Below, in pieces: positions 48,875 through 57,181 of a stretch of 64,000 nt of DNA. Position 1 is the stretch's first letter, and every line of letters starts with the position of its first letter. Both the position numbers and the translations under genes were made by a program. The stretch spans positions 74,986-138,985 of the forward strand of contig JAVYQJ010000002.1 of NCBI GenBank assembly GCA_038731975.1, written 5' to 3'. Source of the DNA: Thermofilaceae archaeon. Lineage in GTDB: Archaea; Thermoproteota; Thermoprotei; Thermofilales; Thermofilaceae. The notes beneath the pieces were generated by a model that worked only from the letters and a program-made list of their open reading frames with translations, searched no databases and was not told where the DNA came from.

Positions 48875-50272
48875 CTACGGGAACGATAAAGCACCACCCC
48901 TCCTGCGCGAGGAGTATCTTTTCCCGAAACCTTTACTAACCAAAAGCTCATCTCCATCGAACGCTAAGGTCCCTCTAACGAACACCTTTTCGATGCGGCC
49001 GCGCACTTCGAATCCTTCGAAAGGAGTGTACTTTGCCTTGCTTTTAAGGTTCGAACCCTTAATCGTCCATCTCTCTTTAGTATTTACGAATACCAGGTCC
49101 GCGTCTCTCCCAACCTCTATCTTACCCTTCGGTACACCTAGTAAGTCCGCGGGACGGCTAGAATACAGATCCAGAGCGCGGAGCGGGGCCTCCCCCTCAG
49201 CTATCAAAGTTAGGAGTAGCGGCAGGCAGAGTTCAAGGCCCGGAAAACCGGGCGGAACAGCATCGTAGTCCTGACTCAGCTTCTCCTCAAGCGTGTGAGG
49301 CGCGTGATCGGTGACTACCGCATCAAGAAGGCCTGACCTCAGAGACCTACGCAACGCAACAACATCGTTTCGACTTCGCAACGGCGGGTTTACTTTCGCC
49401 AACCCTCCAAGCCTTGTCGCGGTCTCCTCGCTGAGAAAAAGGTAGTGCACCGCTGTGTCGAGCGTGGCACCAACGCTGAGCTTAGCCCTTAACGCTGCTT
49501 TCAATCCCTCGGCTGAGCTAACGTGTGTGAAGTGGAGCTGGAAACCGAGACGCTGCGCCAAGTGAGCCATCAAGTGTATGGCAGAAGCTTCAGCTGCGGG
49601 AGGCCTCAGTCTCCCGTGAGCGGTGAAGCTCTTCTCTCCCAGAGCGTTGGTTGCTCGCAGGAAGAGAGGGTCTTCTGCATGCACGACGACCATTAAGTCG
49701 AGGGTAGCGGCGTACTGTAGAGCAGAGATCAAGTTTTCATGCATAAGATCCTCCGGGTACAGCTTCAAACCTACAACGCCAAAGTCTGTGGCATGGGTTA
49801 GCACGTGGCTCGAGCTCGGCAATCCAATGTAAAAACCGTAGTCAACGACGGCCTTCTTGGAGGCTTCCGCCTCTTTCGCAAGGAGCACTTCCGCCGTGCG
49901 CGCGGGAGGCTTATTGTTCGGCATGTCAGCGACAAAGGTCACTCCTCCTGCTAGGGCAGAGAGCGTACCGGTGAACCAATCCTCTTTCTCGGATTCGTTG
50001 AGATCTCTCATGTGAACGTGCATATCGACCATCCCGGGTAACACGATAACGCCCTCGCCAGCATCGATGCGTTTTTCAGCGCAAGGAGCGAGGGAAGGTT
50101 TACCAACCCAGGCCACTCTACCTCCTTCGACTCCCACGGCTGCCTCTATCAGCTCTCCGCCAATGTACAACTTGCCCGCGACGAGTAGATCCAGGCTAGA
50201 TTGGGATCCTTTTCCCTGCACTATCACGCCACCACCTTCCAAAGTCTTCAACCTCAGCCAGAGTCCTACCAT
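48875..50272 (-). CDS. pyrC: Dihydroorotase
   Basis: Amidohydrolase metal motif VDMHVHMRD, plus later HAED and DHAPH motifs. The start is uncertain (GTG candidates at 50227 and 50221). Overlaps the pyrK 3' end. Confidence 0.85.
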   Translation of the reverse strand: MVGLWLRLKTLEGGGVIVQGKGSQSSLDLLVAGKLYIGGELIEAAVGVEGGRVAWVGKPSLAPCAEKRIDAGEGVIVLPGMVDMHVHMRDLNESEKEDWFTGTLSALAGGVTFVADMPNNKPPARTAEVLLAKEAEASKKAVVDYGFYIGLPSSSHVLTHATDFGVVGLKLYPEDLMHENLISALQYAATLDLMVVVHAEDPLFLRATNALGEKSFTAHGRLRPPAAEASAIHLMAHLAQRLGFQLHFTHVSSAEGLKAALRAKLSVGATLDTAVHYLFLSEETATRLGGLAKVNPPLRSRNDVVALRRSLRSGLLDAVVTDHAPHTLEEKLSQDYDAVPPGFPGLELCLPLLLTLIAEGEAPLRALDLYSSRPADLLGVPKGKIEVGRDADLVFVNTKERWTIKGSNLKSKAKYTPFEGFEVRGRIEKVFVRGTLAFDGDELLVSKGFGKRYSSRRRGGALSFP

Positions 50273-50990
50273 CCAAGACCGGGCCCTCGACGCAAACTCT
50301 GATTCCCTGCGGCTCCAGCACGCATGTCCCGCAGATGCCTATGCCGCATTTGATCAACCGTTCGACGGACGCTTCAACTCTCACATCATTCTTCAACGCG
50401 AGCTCGATGACTCGCCTCATCATATGCTCATTCCCGCACGTGTAAACGATATCGTAAGCGCTCCTCTTGATCAGCTCTGCTGCTAAATCCACAGCCGTGC
50501 CTCTAGCACCCAAGCTCCCATCTTCCGTCGCTATGTGGAGTTCATCCGCATACCTAGAAAAAGAGTCGATGTATGGAGTGCACTTTGCGCTCCGAAAGCC
50601 TACAGCTACTGTAACGCGCGCTCCGCGCTCCTTCAGAGTCTTGCAGAGGTACAAAAGTGGTGCAACGCCAACGCCGCCTCCGACAATAAGCGCTTTGCCA
50701 GCTTCAAGAGTGAAGCCTCGCCCCAGCGGCCCTCTAAGGAAGACTCTGCACCCGGGAGCAACGTTACTGTGCATGTAAGTCGTAACCCTACCCTTGCGGG
50801 CCACTAGAAGCCGTACGCTTTCCCCCTCTTCGAGCGCCACGCTTAGGGGTATTTCGCCGATACGAGGCACCCACAGCATGATGTACTGTCCCGGCCTGGA
50901 AGAGAGGGGTTTCTCAAGCTGTAGATCATAGCTTACAACATCCTCGCACACCAGATCGGCATTCCTCACGGTAGCGCAGATGTACATCAT
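50196..50990 (-). CDS. pyrK: Dihydroorotate dehydrogenase electron-transfer subunit
   Basis: FAD/NAD-binding ferredoxin-reductase fold (IVGGGVGVAPL) and the C-terminal 2Fe-2S motif CGIGICGTC. Confidence 0.9.
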   Translation of the reverse strand: MMYICATVRNADLVCEDVVSYDLQLEKPLSSRPGQYIMLWVPRIGEIPLSVALEEGESVRLLVARKGRVTTYMHSNVAPGCRVFLRGPLGRGFTLEAGKALIVGGGVGVAPLLYLCKTLKERGARVTVAVGFRSAKCTPYIDSFSRYADELHIATEDGSLGARGTAVDLAAELIKRSAYDIVYTCGNEHMMRRVIELALKNDVRVEASVERLIKCGIGICGTCVLEPQGIRVCVEGPVLDGRTLAEVEDFGRWWRDSAGKRIPI

Positions 50991-51384
50991 CCACCTAGTA
51001 CAGGCTCCCTTAAATTACTCTCCAAGCAATTAGGAGCTAAGCTTGAAGTCTGTAAAATCGAGTTAGGGTGAGCCGAGCGGATTATGAAGGGGAGCAAACT
51101 GAATGGGCTGCCAGCATCTAAGCTGGCTACGAAGTGAGAGTGTTAGCAACTTCGAATGAAGCTGAAAAAGGTTTCCTGTTTAAAACATTGATCGAAAGCG
51201 CAGCAGTTGCTTAACGGAAAGCTATCCGTTACACGCCTCTTGCGGACCCGCGCGATTTTCGCTTAGGTGGCTCGACGACTGCTGTGCTGCAGCCGAAGCA
51301 CCTCGTGGCAGTGTCCCCTTTAGCTTTAAAAAGAAAACATTTTTACATTATTATTTAAAGAAAGTTTTTAAAAATATAACGCTA

Positions 51385-51984
51385 TTACTTTCTAGCCACT
51401 GATTTGACCGAATGCTTCCACTTGATTAGGTCATTGAGCAGCCGTGCTACGTCTTCATACGTTAGCTCCGTCGTATTTACCATCAGATCGTACAGCGAAG
51501 GATCTGTGATGCTCTTCTCGAATAACTTCTCAACTAATCTTCTTCTGTCTTCGTCGCTTACCTCGACCTCTCTCTCAGCCTCTTCCAAGCTGATCCCTCT
51601 CCTCTTTGCAACCCTTTCCACTCTGACTTTCTTATCAGCGTACAGGAAAACCTTCAATAGCGCGGGGTGATCCAATAGCATTAGGGCTGTCCTGCCCTCG
51701 ATAATGATGCCACCTTCTCTCGCATAATCAAGCGCTATACTCCTCACCAGATCTTCTAGGTCTACTTCACCGTCCCTCACCATCTCTATGAGTAGTGCAT
51801 ATGGAACCTTTTTCTCCGAGACGATTTCCCTGATTATGCTCTCGCTATTCACGACTGTTAAGCCTGTTAGTTTCGACAGTTCTATGGCCGACGCTGTGCA
51901 GCCTGCGCCTAGAAGTCCGGCGACTAGAATCGTCGGTTTGTCCACGAGAATCATACAAGCAACAGTGTAATATGCTTGTCGCAT
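51385..51984 (-). CDS. Archaeal cytidylate-kinase-like (Cytidylate_kin2-type) protein with atypical P-loop
   Basis: Family-like pattern IIIEGRTA...LKVFLYADKKVRVERVAKRRGISLEEAEREV...YDLMVNT. The P-loop reads GLLGAGCT (Cys where the Walker Lys is expected). The start is possibly the ATG at 51954. Confidence 0.55.
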   Translation of the reverse strand: MRQAYYTVACMILVDKPTILVAGLLGAGCTASAIELSKLTGLTVVNSESIIREIVSEKKVPYALLIEMVRDGEVDLEDLVRSIALDYAREGGIIIEGRTALMLLDHPALLKVFLYADKKVRVERVAKRRGISLEEAEREVEVSDEDRRRLVEKLFEKSITDPSLYDLMVNTTELTYEDVARLLNDLIKWKHSVKSVARK

Positions 51985-52680
51985 CTTAAACCCGTGCTAC
52001 CGATTGGTGATGACGTACGGCGGTGGAGGCGCTCGATAGTTACACTGTTACTGATAGCTTCCAACATAATAGCTTTCGCATACTCGATAGCGGTTGGCTT
52101 CGAGCGAGTTATCCTGGAGAACGGTTTTAAGCCGATCTACCTCTTCGAGTTGTCGAGGATGGAGACGCTCTTCACCTCCCTCTTCCTCCACGGGGATCCT
52201 GCACACCTTGTTGGCAACATGCTGTTCCTATTCATATTCGGTAGGAGTGTGGAAGATAGATTCGGCCCCCTGCAATACTTTACACTATACATGCTCAGCG
52301 GTGTTGCTGGCTCTTTAATGCATACAGCCTCGCTACTACTTCTCCCTCCCTCCACTCTTGCCACTCAGTTGGTGACCCCCTTGATAGGTGCTTCAGGCGC
52401 CATCTCCGGTGTTATAGGTGCTTACATACTCCTTTACCCACACGCTAAGATACTAACGCTGGTTCCCTTCTACTACATAATCGTGTTAAGACTGCCCGCG
52501 CGCTACTTTGTCCTTATCTGGTTCATTTATCAGCTGGTAATCGGAGCTGCAAGTCTGAGGCAACCTTTGACGATAGCAGCCTGGAGTCATGTAGGCGGGT
52601 TCGCTGTAGGAGCAGCATTATCGCTCATTCTCAAACGTTTAGAGCAGCACTACGCTCCTTTGAGCATTCGGAGTCAGTAG
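51976..52680 (+). CDS. Rhomboid-family intramembrane serine protease
   Basis: Motifs LFLHGDPAHLVGNMLFL, catalytic GASGAISGV, and later HVGGF. The start may be the GTG at 51994, because 51976 overlaps the divergent gene. Confidence 0.85.
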   Translation: MSHLKPVLPIGDDVRRWRRSIVTLLLIASNIIAFAYSIAVGFERVILENGFKPIYLFELSRMETLFTSLFLHGDPAHLVGNMLFLFIFGRSVEDRFGPLQYFTLYMLSGVAGSLMHTASLLLLPPSTLATQLVTPLIGASGAISGVIGAYILLYPHAKILTLVPFYYIIVLRLPARYFVLIWFIYQLVIGAASLRQPLTIAAWSHVGGFAVGAALSLILKRLEQHYAPLSIRSQ

Positions 52681-53466
52681 CAAGCCCCTTGGGGTAGTCT
52701 CAGGATAGTAGCGGCAGGAGAACAACGAAATTATTTTACCGTCGAAGTACTCGTGAATGCCCTCCGGGAAGTACTCGTGTGCTCTCAGCATGAGCCGTAT
52801 CCCCGCTGCTTCTGCGAAAGCTTCGAAAACGTCCCTGCCGAATAGGAATATTCCGTAACCCCGAGGACTCGGCGTGAAACCTTGTGAATGTTCGCTCGGA
52901 TCGTTCCAGAGAACTTCAAAGGCTGTGCGGTTCTCGGGGATCTCGTCGGGTCTCGGTAGGCTCCGTAATTCGCTGAGCGATTTTAGCCCGGTGGCTATAC
53001 CCCCGTGAACTGCAAGGGTCGTACCGTTGATCAACGCCGCGTAGGGCAGTCTCGAGAAGACCTCCACGAAGAGCCTGTAGATTTGAGAACCGTATCGATA
53101 TACCACTTCGTCTAGAAAGCCGTAGTGCACATTCGTAATTGGAGACTCGTGATTCCCCCTCAACAAGTAGACCTTCTCAGGCAGTTCAAGCTTCTTCGCT
53201 AGGAGAAAGATCATGTTCTCCAGCTGGTACGGCCCGCGGTCGACGTAGTCCCCCAGAAAAACATACTTCTCGGCCTCTATGCTGAAAGCCCTTACTGAGG
53301 AGTGTACATCACCGTGAGTATCACCTACAACGAGTACAGAGTCACCTTCTACCTCTACCAGGGAATGTTCGGACTCGAAGAGCTTGATAGCTTCAGATAG
53401 AAGCTCGGATAGGCTCTCCCGCTCCAGCTCGCTGAACGGATTTTCAAAAACCTTCCCAATGCTCAT
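52639..53466 (-). CDS. PPP-family Ser/Thr protein phosphatase (metallophosphoesterase)
   Basis: Motifs GDTHGD, GDYVDRG, RGNHE, HGG. Confidence 0.85.
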   Translation of the reverse strand: MSIGKVFENPFSELERESLSELLSEAIKLFESEHSLVEVEGDSVLVVGDTHGDVHSSVRAFSIEAEKYVFLGDYVDRGPYQLENMIFLLAKKLELPEKVYLLRGNHESPITNVHYGFLDEVVYRYGSQIYRLFVEVFSRLPYAALINGTTLAVHGGIATGLKSLSELRSLPRPDEIPENRTAFEVLWNDPSEHSQGFTPSPRGYGIFLFGRDVFEAFAEAAGIRLMLRAHEYFPEGIHEYFDGKIISLFSCRYYPETTPRGLLLTPNAQRSVVLL

Positions 53467-53744
53467 GTTAGTGGAAGGCCTCTACAATGGACGCGTCCTC
53501 TAACCCTTCTAACGAAGTTTGGGCATATGTAGCACTCTACGAATGGCACCTCTCTTCCGAGAACCGGGCAATCGACAGCTTCACGCCTCATCTTCGATAG
53601 CATTTTTGGAGAAATCCCCATCAACCTCTTTTTAACGTCCTCTGATACTTTAAACGATTTCCCCACGTCCTTCACGGCTACCTCGTACACGAGTACACCC
53701 CCGGTTATCGGAATCTTGCTGCTAGCAGTAAGCTTCTCTATCAA
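53463..53744 (-). CDS. Small hypothetical protein with C-terminal 4-Cys cluster
   Basis: 93 aa with DCPVLGREVPFVECYICPNFVRRVRGRVHC. Its stop overlaps the phosphatase start by 4 nt. Confidence 0.45.
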   Translation of the reverse strand: MIEKLTASSKIPITGGVLVYEVAVKDVGKSFKVSEDVKKRLMGISPKMLSKMRREAVDCPVLGREVPFVECYICPNFVRRVRGRVHCRGLPLT

Positions 53745-53956
53745 CGCTTTTTGTGCCTTTCTGCTACGCTTGGTTTCCAGAGGCCTCAGCTAAGGCAACG
53801 ATTAGATGAATTAGTAGTGCTTGACAGCACGTGATATTCTGTGCAGCCCCATAGGACAGAGTAAGCCATAGATCGCTTACAGGGGGCGTATCGCTTTAGA
53901 CAGTTATCAAAACAAAAAAGTACTTAAGGCTGTAAGGTTAGTCCCCTCAGTAGGCC

Positions 53957-54622
53957 ATGGTACTGCGGCACAGCGACGTATTAAAGTTCATCGGGGGATA
54001 CCCCGGCGTTTTTATCGTATCGGTACTGGGTAACCTTGTCCCCTTCATACCAATCCCCTACCTCGCGTTTGTGTACCTATATGCTCTCAGAATTCCCGGA
54101 GCAAACCCAATACTGATAGGCATTGTTAGCGGCCTTGGGGGTGCCGTCGGAAAGATGTCATCCTACCTGCTGGGTAGAGGGGCTAGAGCCCTCATGAGCA
54201 AAGAAAGGGCAGAACGTTACGAAAAGCTGGGTAAACTGCTGAGGAACTATGGGGCTATCGCAGCTTTCCTCTTTGCAGTTACACCATCCCCAGACGATGT
54301 CGTTGTAATACCACTAGGGTTAATGAAGTACGATGCACTAAAACTCTTCTTAGGACTGGCAGCTGGAAAAATAGTACTATCGACAGTCACGGCGTACACC
54401 GGATCAATCGTAGCGATGGTGTGTAGCGGTAGGCTTCTAGAGGAGTTCGTAGCATCCGTAGTACTTTTCGTAGTCGTAATGCTCCTGCTGGTCTACGTGA
54501 ACTGGGATAGTTTTTTGGAAACCCTCGCTGAGAGGGGATGGAAAGGGCTTCTCAACGAAGTAGGGAGGGGAAGGTTACCCCTCCCGCTCAGATCTGAACG
54601 AGGGTCTAAAAGCAATCGCTAA
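53957..54622 (+). CDS. DedA/VTT-family membrane protein
   Basis: Pattern GVFIVSVLGNLVPFIPIPY...GLGGAVGKMSSYLLGRG...AFLFAVTPSPDDVV matches the SNARE-associated/DedA layout. Confidence 0.6.
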   Translation: MVLRHSDVLKFIGGYPGVFIVSVLGNLVPFIPIPYLAFVYLYALRIPGANPILIGIVSGLGGAVGKMSSYLLGRGARALMSKERAERYEKLGKLLRNYGAIAAFLFAVTPSPDDVVVIPLGLMKYDALKLFLGLAAGKIVLSTVTAYTGSIVAMVCSGRLLEEFVASVVLFVVVMLLLVYVNWDSFLETLAERGWKGLLNEVGRGRLPLPLRSERGSKSNR

Positions 54623-54994
54623 GATCTCCACTAGCGCGCCTGCCGGTAATTCATCGACCCCTACCACGGCTCTCGCTGGAGGCGTCCTGAAAAACTCAGA
54701 GTAAACTTCATTAAAATCGCGATATGCTTGCATATCTTTCAAAAATACGATTGTCAGCAGAACATCATCCATTGTGCAGCCTGAGGCTTCTAAGATGGCT
54801 TTTAAGTTCAGTAGAGCTTGCCGTGCCTGCTCACGAACCCCCCCTTCCACCAACCTCCCGCTCCGAGGGTCTATGCCTATCTGTCCCGACACGAACACCA
54901 TGTTACCGGCTGCAACAGCCTGCGAGTAAGGCCCTATCGGCTTTGGAGCTTTTTCCGTAAAAATGGTTTTCACACTCACAAGTACACGGTTCAC
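54575..54994 (-). CDS. ridA: RidA/YjgF-family reactive intermediate deaminase
   Basis: APKPIGPYSQAV...VFVSGQIGIDP...ARAVVGVDELPAGALVEILAIA. A ~12-aa non-conserved tail overlaps the convergent gene. Confidence 0.9.
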   Translation of the reverse strand: MNRVLVSVKTIFTEKAPKPIGPYSQAVAAGNMVFVSGQIGIDPRSGRLVEGGVREQARQALLNLKAILEASGCTMDDVLLTIVFLKDMQAYRDFNEVYSEFFRTPPARAVVGVDELPAGALVEILAIAFRPSFRSEREG

Positions 54995-55002
54995 GTTGCA
55001 AT

Positions 55003-55929
55003 TTAACTCTTGCTTTGAACATCCACGGTTTGTATGCTGTCTAGTATTCTCTGGGCTCTACCTCGAACAACCCAGCGCTCGCGGAGGCTATCAAACCCCT
55101 GCCTCTCAACTCGGAATGATACAGCTGCCGCCGCCATCGCTGCCGCCTCTTCCAAGGGTACTCCGCGAGCATACTCGACTGTAAAAACGGTTAGAAAAAT
55201 GTCACCTGCCCCTGTCGTATCAACCACTTGTGAAGGTTCAAAGGAGGGCACGTATAGGACTTTATCGGACGTCGCCACGTAAGCACCGGCGCTTCCCATC
55301 GTAACAAGCGCAGCTTTGGGACCTCTGCTCGCAATCCATGCCGCCGCGCTGGGCGGTTCAAGACTCGTTAGTACGCTTGCTTCTTCTGCGTCAGCGTGGA
55401 CGATGTCAGCGTTCTCAAGAGCCTTAACTGCCGCTTCGCTTCGTGAGAGCTTCACCTCACCCTTAACCTTAGCCGTTCTTAAATAGCCCTGCAGATCGAC
55501 AGCCGTAAGTGCGGCTCTCGAATGGATAGATTCGAGAATGCTGGGTGCAAGCTCGCCGATTACGGGGCCTGCTACGACGATCTTACCGTCCAGGTTGATG
55601 AGTTCAACGTCGTAAGCTGTGATATCTTCCGCCCTGGACTGGAGAGTGAGCTCCCTTTCGCTATCCTTGTAGGTGAGCTTGAAACGCGTCGTTCGCATCC
55701 CTCTCACGACTCTAACGTGAGACAGATCTATGCCATTCCTAGATAAGAAGAGAAAGTACTCGTCTGGGAAATCCTCCCCGACTTTAGATACTATGGATGG
55801 TTTAGCCTCATGCCTCAGCGCGGCAAAAGCTCCGTAGACAACAGTTCCACCTAAGTTTTGCCACCTTCTCGTCCCCCTCACGATAGTATCGATCACTATG
55901 TGCCCGATGAGGACTACTTCTAAGCTCAC
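55003..55929 (-). CDS. PfkB-family carbohydrate/nucleoside kinase
   Basis: C-terminal signature VVDTTGAGDIF and a ribokinase-like N-terminus. Confidence 0.85.
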   Translation of the reverse strand: MSLEVVLIGHIVIDTIVRGTRRWQNLGGTVVYGAFAALRHEAKPSIVSKVGEDFPDEYFLFLSRNGIDLSHVRVVRGMRTTRFKLTYKDSERELTLQSRAEDITAYDVELINLDGKIVVAGPVIGELAPSILESIHSRAALTAVDLQGYLRTAKVKGEVKLSRSEAAVKALENADIVHADAEEASVLTSLEPPSAAAWIASRGPKAALVTMGSAGAYVATSDKVLYVPSFEPSQVVDTTGAGDIFLTVFTVEYARGVPLEEAAAMAAAAVSFRVERQGFDSLRERWVVRGRAQRILDSIQTVDVQSKS

Positions 55930-56348
55930 TCCCCGATCACCTCTACTAGGACTCTTCTCGTAGGGCGAGGCCCATCAAGCTCGACCAAGAAAATACTCTG
56001 CCAAGTTCCTCGAATGAGTCTACCATCTTTCACTGGGAAAACTCTAGCGGACCCGATGAACGCGGAGGCGAGATGCGCAGCCGCATTATCGTCAATCAAG
56101 TTGTGCTCCCAGCCTCCGTCGGTTGGGTACTCTTCCTCCAGCTTCCTCAAGATATCGTTCATTAAACCCTTCTCATGCTCATTCGCGACAATAGCGGCTG
56201 TAGCGTGGGGGGCAAACACAAGGCATAACCCGTTGCTGATTCCACTTGCAGCGACCGCATGTTCAACCTCATGAGTGATATCTACCAGCTCGCGCCTCTT
56301 CTGTGTCCTTACAATTATCTCCTTGAAATAGACCTTCAAGACCATCAC
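55926..56348 (-). CDS. YjbQ/UPF0047-family protein
   Basis: DITHEV...GLCLVFAPHATAAIVANEHE...HLASAFIGSARVFPVKDGRLIRGTWQSIFLVELDGPR. Confidence 0.85.
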   Translation of the reverse strand: MMVLKVYFKEIIVRTQKRRELVDITHEVEHAVAASGISNGLCLVFAPHATAAIVANEHEKGLMNDILRKLEEEYPTDGGWEHNLIDDNAAAHLASAFIGSARVFPVKDGRLIRGTWQSIFLVELDGPRPTRRVLVEVIGE

Positions 56349-56431
56349 CGCAGCGAGCCGTTCGCTCAGCCCATCCGCTTACAGCAGATATAAACCAATT
56401 GGTGGTGCTAGCTGAACCCTTTTGCCCCAGC

Positions 56432-57181
56432 TTAAGGGATTACTCGGGTGTAGCGGCCCTCCACACCTTCGACAATTGATTTGAGCGCTTTTACGCCACC
56501 TAGGGCTACTTTGACCCCTCGTTCTGCGGCGTAGATTGCTTCACTCAGTTTTAACATTAACCCTCCCGTTACATCGACGCCTGAGCTCCCCCCTCTTATG
56601 CGAGCCACGTCGTCCCTCCTCAAAACAGTGAGCAAAGTCGCTGAGGGGTTCGCCCGTGGATCTTCAGTGTAAACCCCTTCGACATCCATGATAAAGACCA
56701 ATACTGAAGCCGGCAACTCGACAGCGAATCTGCTAGCCAAAGTGTCGCCTGATAGGATCTTGAAGCCTTCATCGGTATTGATCAGGCCTCCGTGAGTAAC
56801 TGGTACAACTCCAACCTCAAGCAGCTTCGCCACTAGTCCCGTTTCAACGTGAAATCCTTCCTTCGAGCCTCGCGCGACGAGCCACGTGGGTAGCCCTACA
56901 GCTGGTACGCCGTGCTGTATGAGCGCGTGCACGACTTTATGGTTTAGGAAGGCCATCCAGTACGCGACGTCGGTCAAGAGCTTCTGAACGTCCCCGCGGG
57001 ACTGCTGTACAGCGTAGTGGCCGAAACTTCCACCCCCGTGCACTATTACGATCCTTCTAGCTCCGTCACGGATAGAAGCAATGCTCTCGGCAACTTCTTC
57101 CAGAGCACGTTCATTCAGCGTGAAAGGCCTCCGTTTATCGGTTATTAGAGAGCCCCCGATCTTTATCACAACTGTGCTCAT
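56432..57181 (-). CDS. Isopentenyl phosphate kinase
   Basis: Amino-acid-kinase fold with VVIKIGGSLITDK and VHGGGSFGH. Directly downstream of the prenyl synthase. Confidence 0.85.
   Translation of the reverse strand: MSTVVIKIGGSLITDKRRPFTLNERALEEVAESIASIRDGARRIVIVHGGGSFGHYAVQQSRGDVQKLLTDVAYWMAFLNHKVVHALIQHGVPAVGLPTWLVARGSKEGFHVETGLVAKLLEVGVVPVTHGGLINTDEGFKILSGDTLASRFAVELPASVLVFIMDVEGVYTEDPRANPSATLLTVLRRDDVARIRGGSSGVDVTGGLMLKLSEAIYAAERGVKVALGGVKALKSIVEGVEGRYTRVIP

Noticed and set aside
48875-48935. Programmed -1 frameshift joining pyrC to pyrD
   Set aside because: The pyrD frame is -1 relative to pyrC. The only homopolymeric site (GGG AAA AGA) is not an X XXY YYZ slippery heptamer in the pyrC frame and would favour a +1 shift, not a -1 shift. 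No downstream structure is evident.
49045-49066. T-arm-like sequence AAGGTTCGAACCCTT
   Set aside because: It lies inside pyrC (antisense) with no acceptor, D or anticodon arms around it. It is a chance palindrome.
53745-53956. Possible sRNA in the 212-nt spacer (TAGATGA...TTGA...GTGATAT)
   Set aside because: The box spacing is roughly right, but there is no D box (CATA instead of CTGA) and both the C and C' boxes are mismatched. The region is more simply a divergent promoter.
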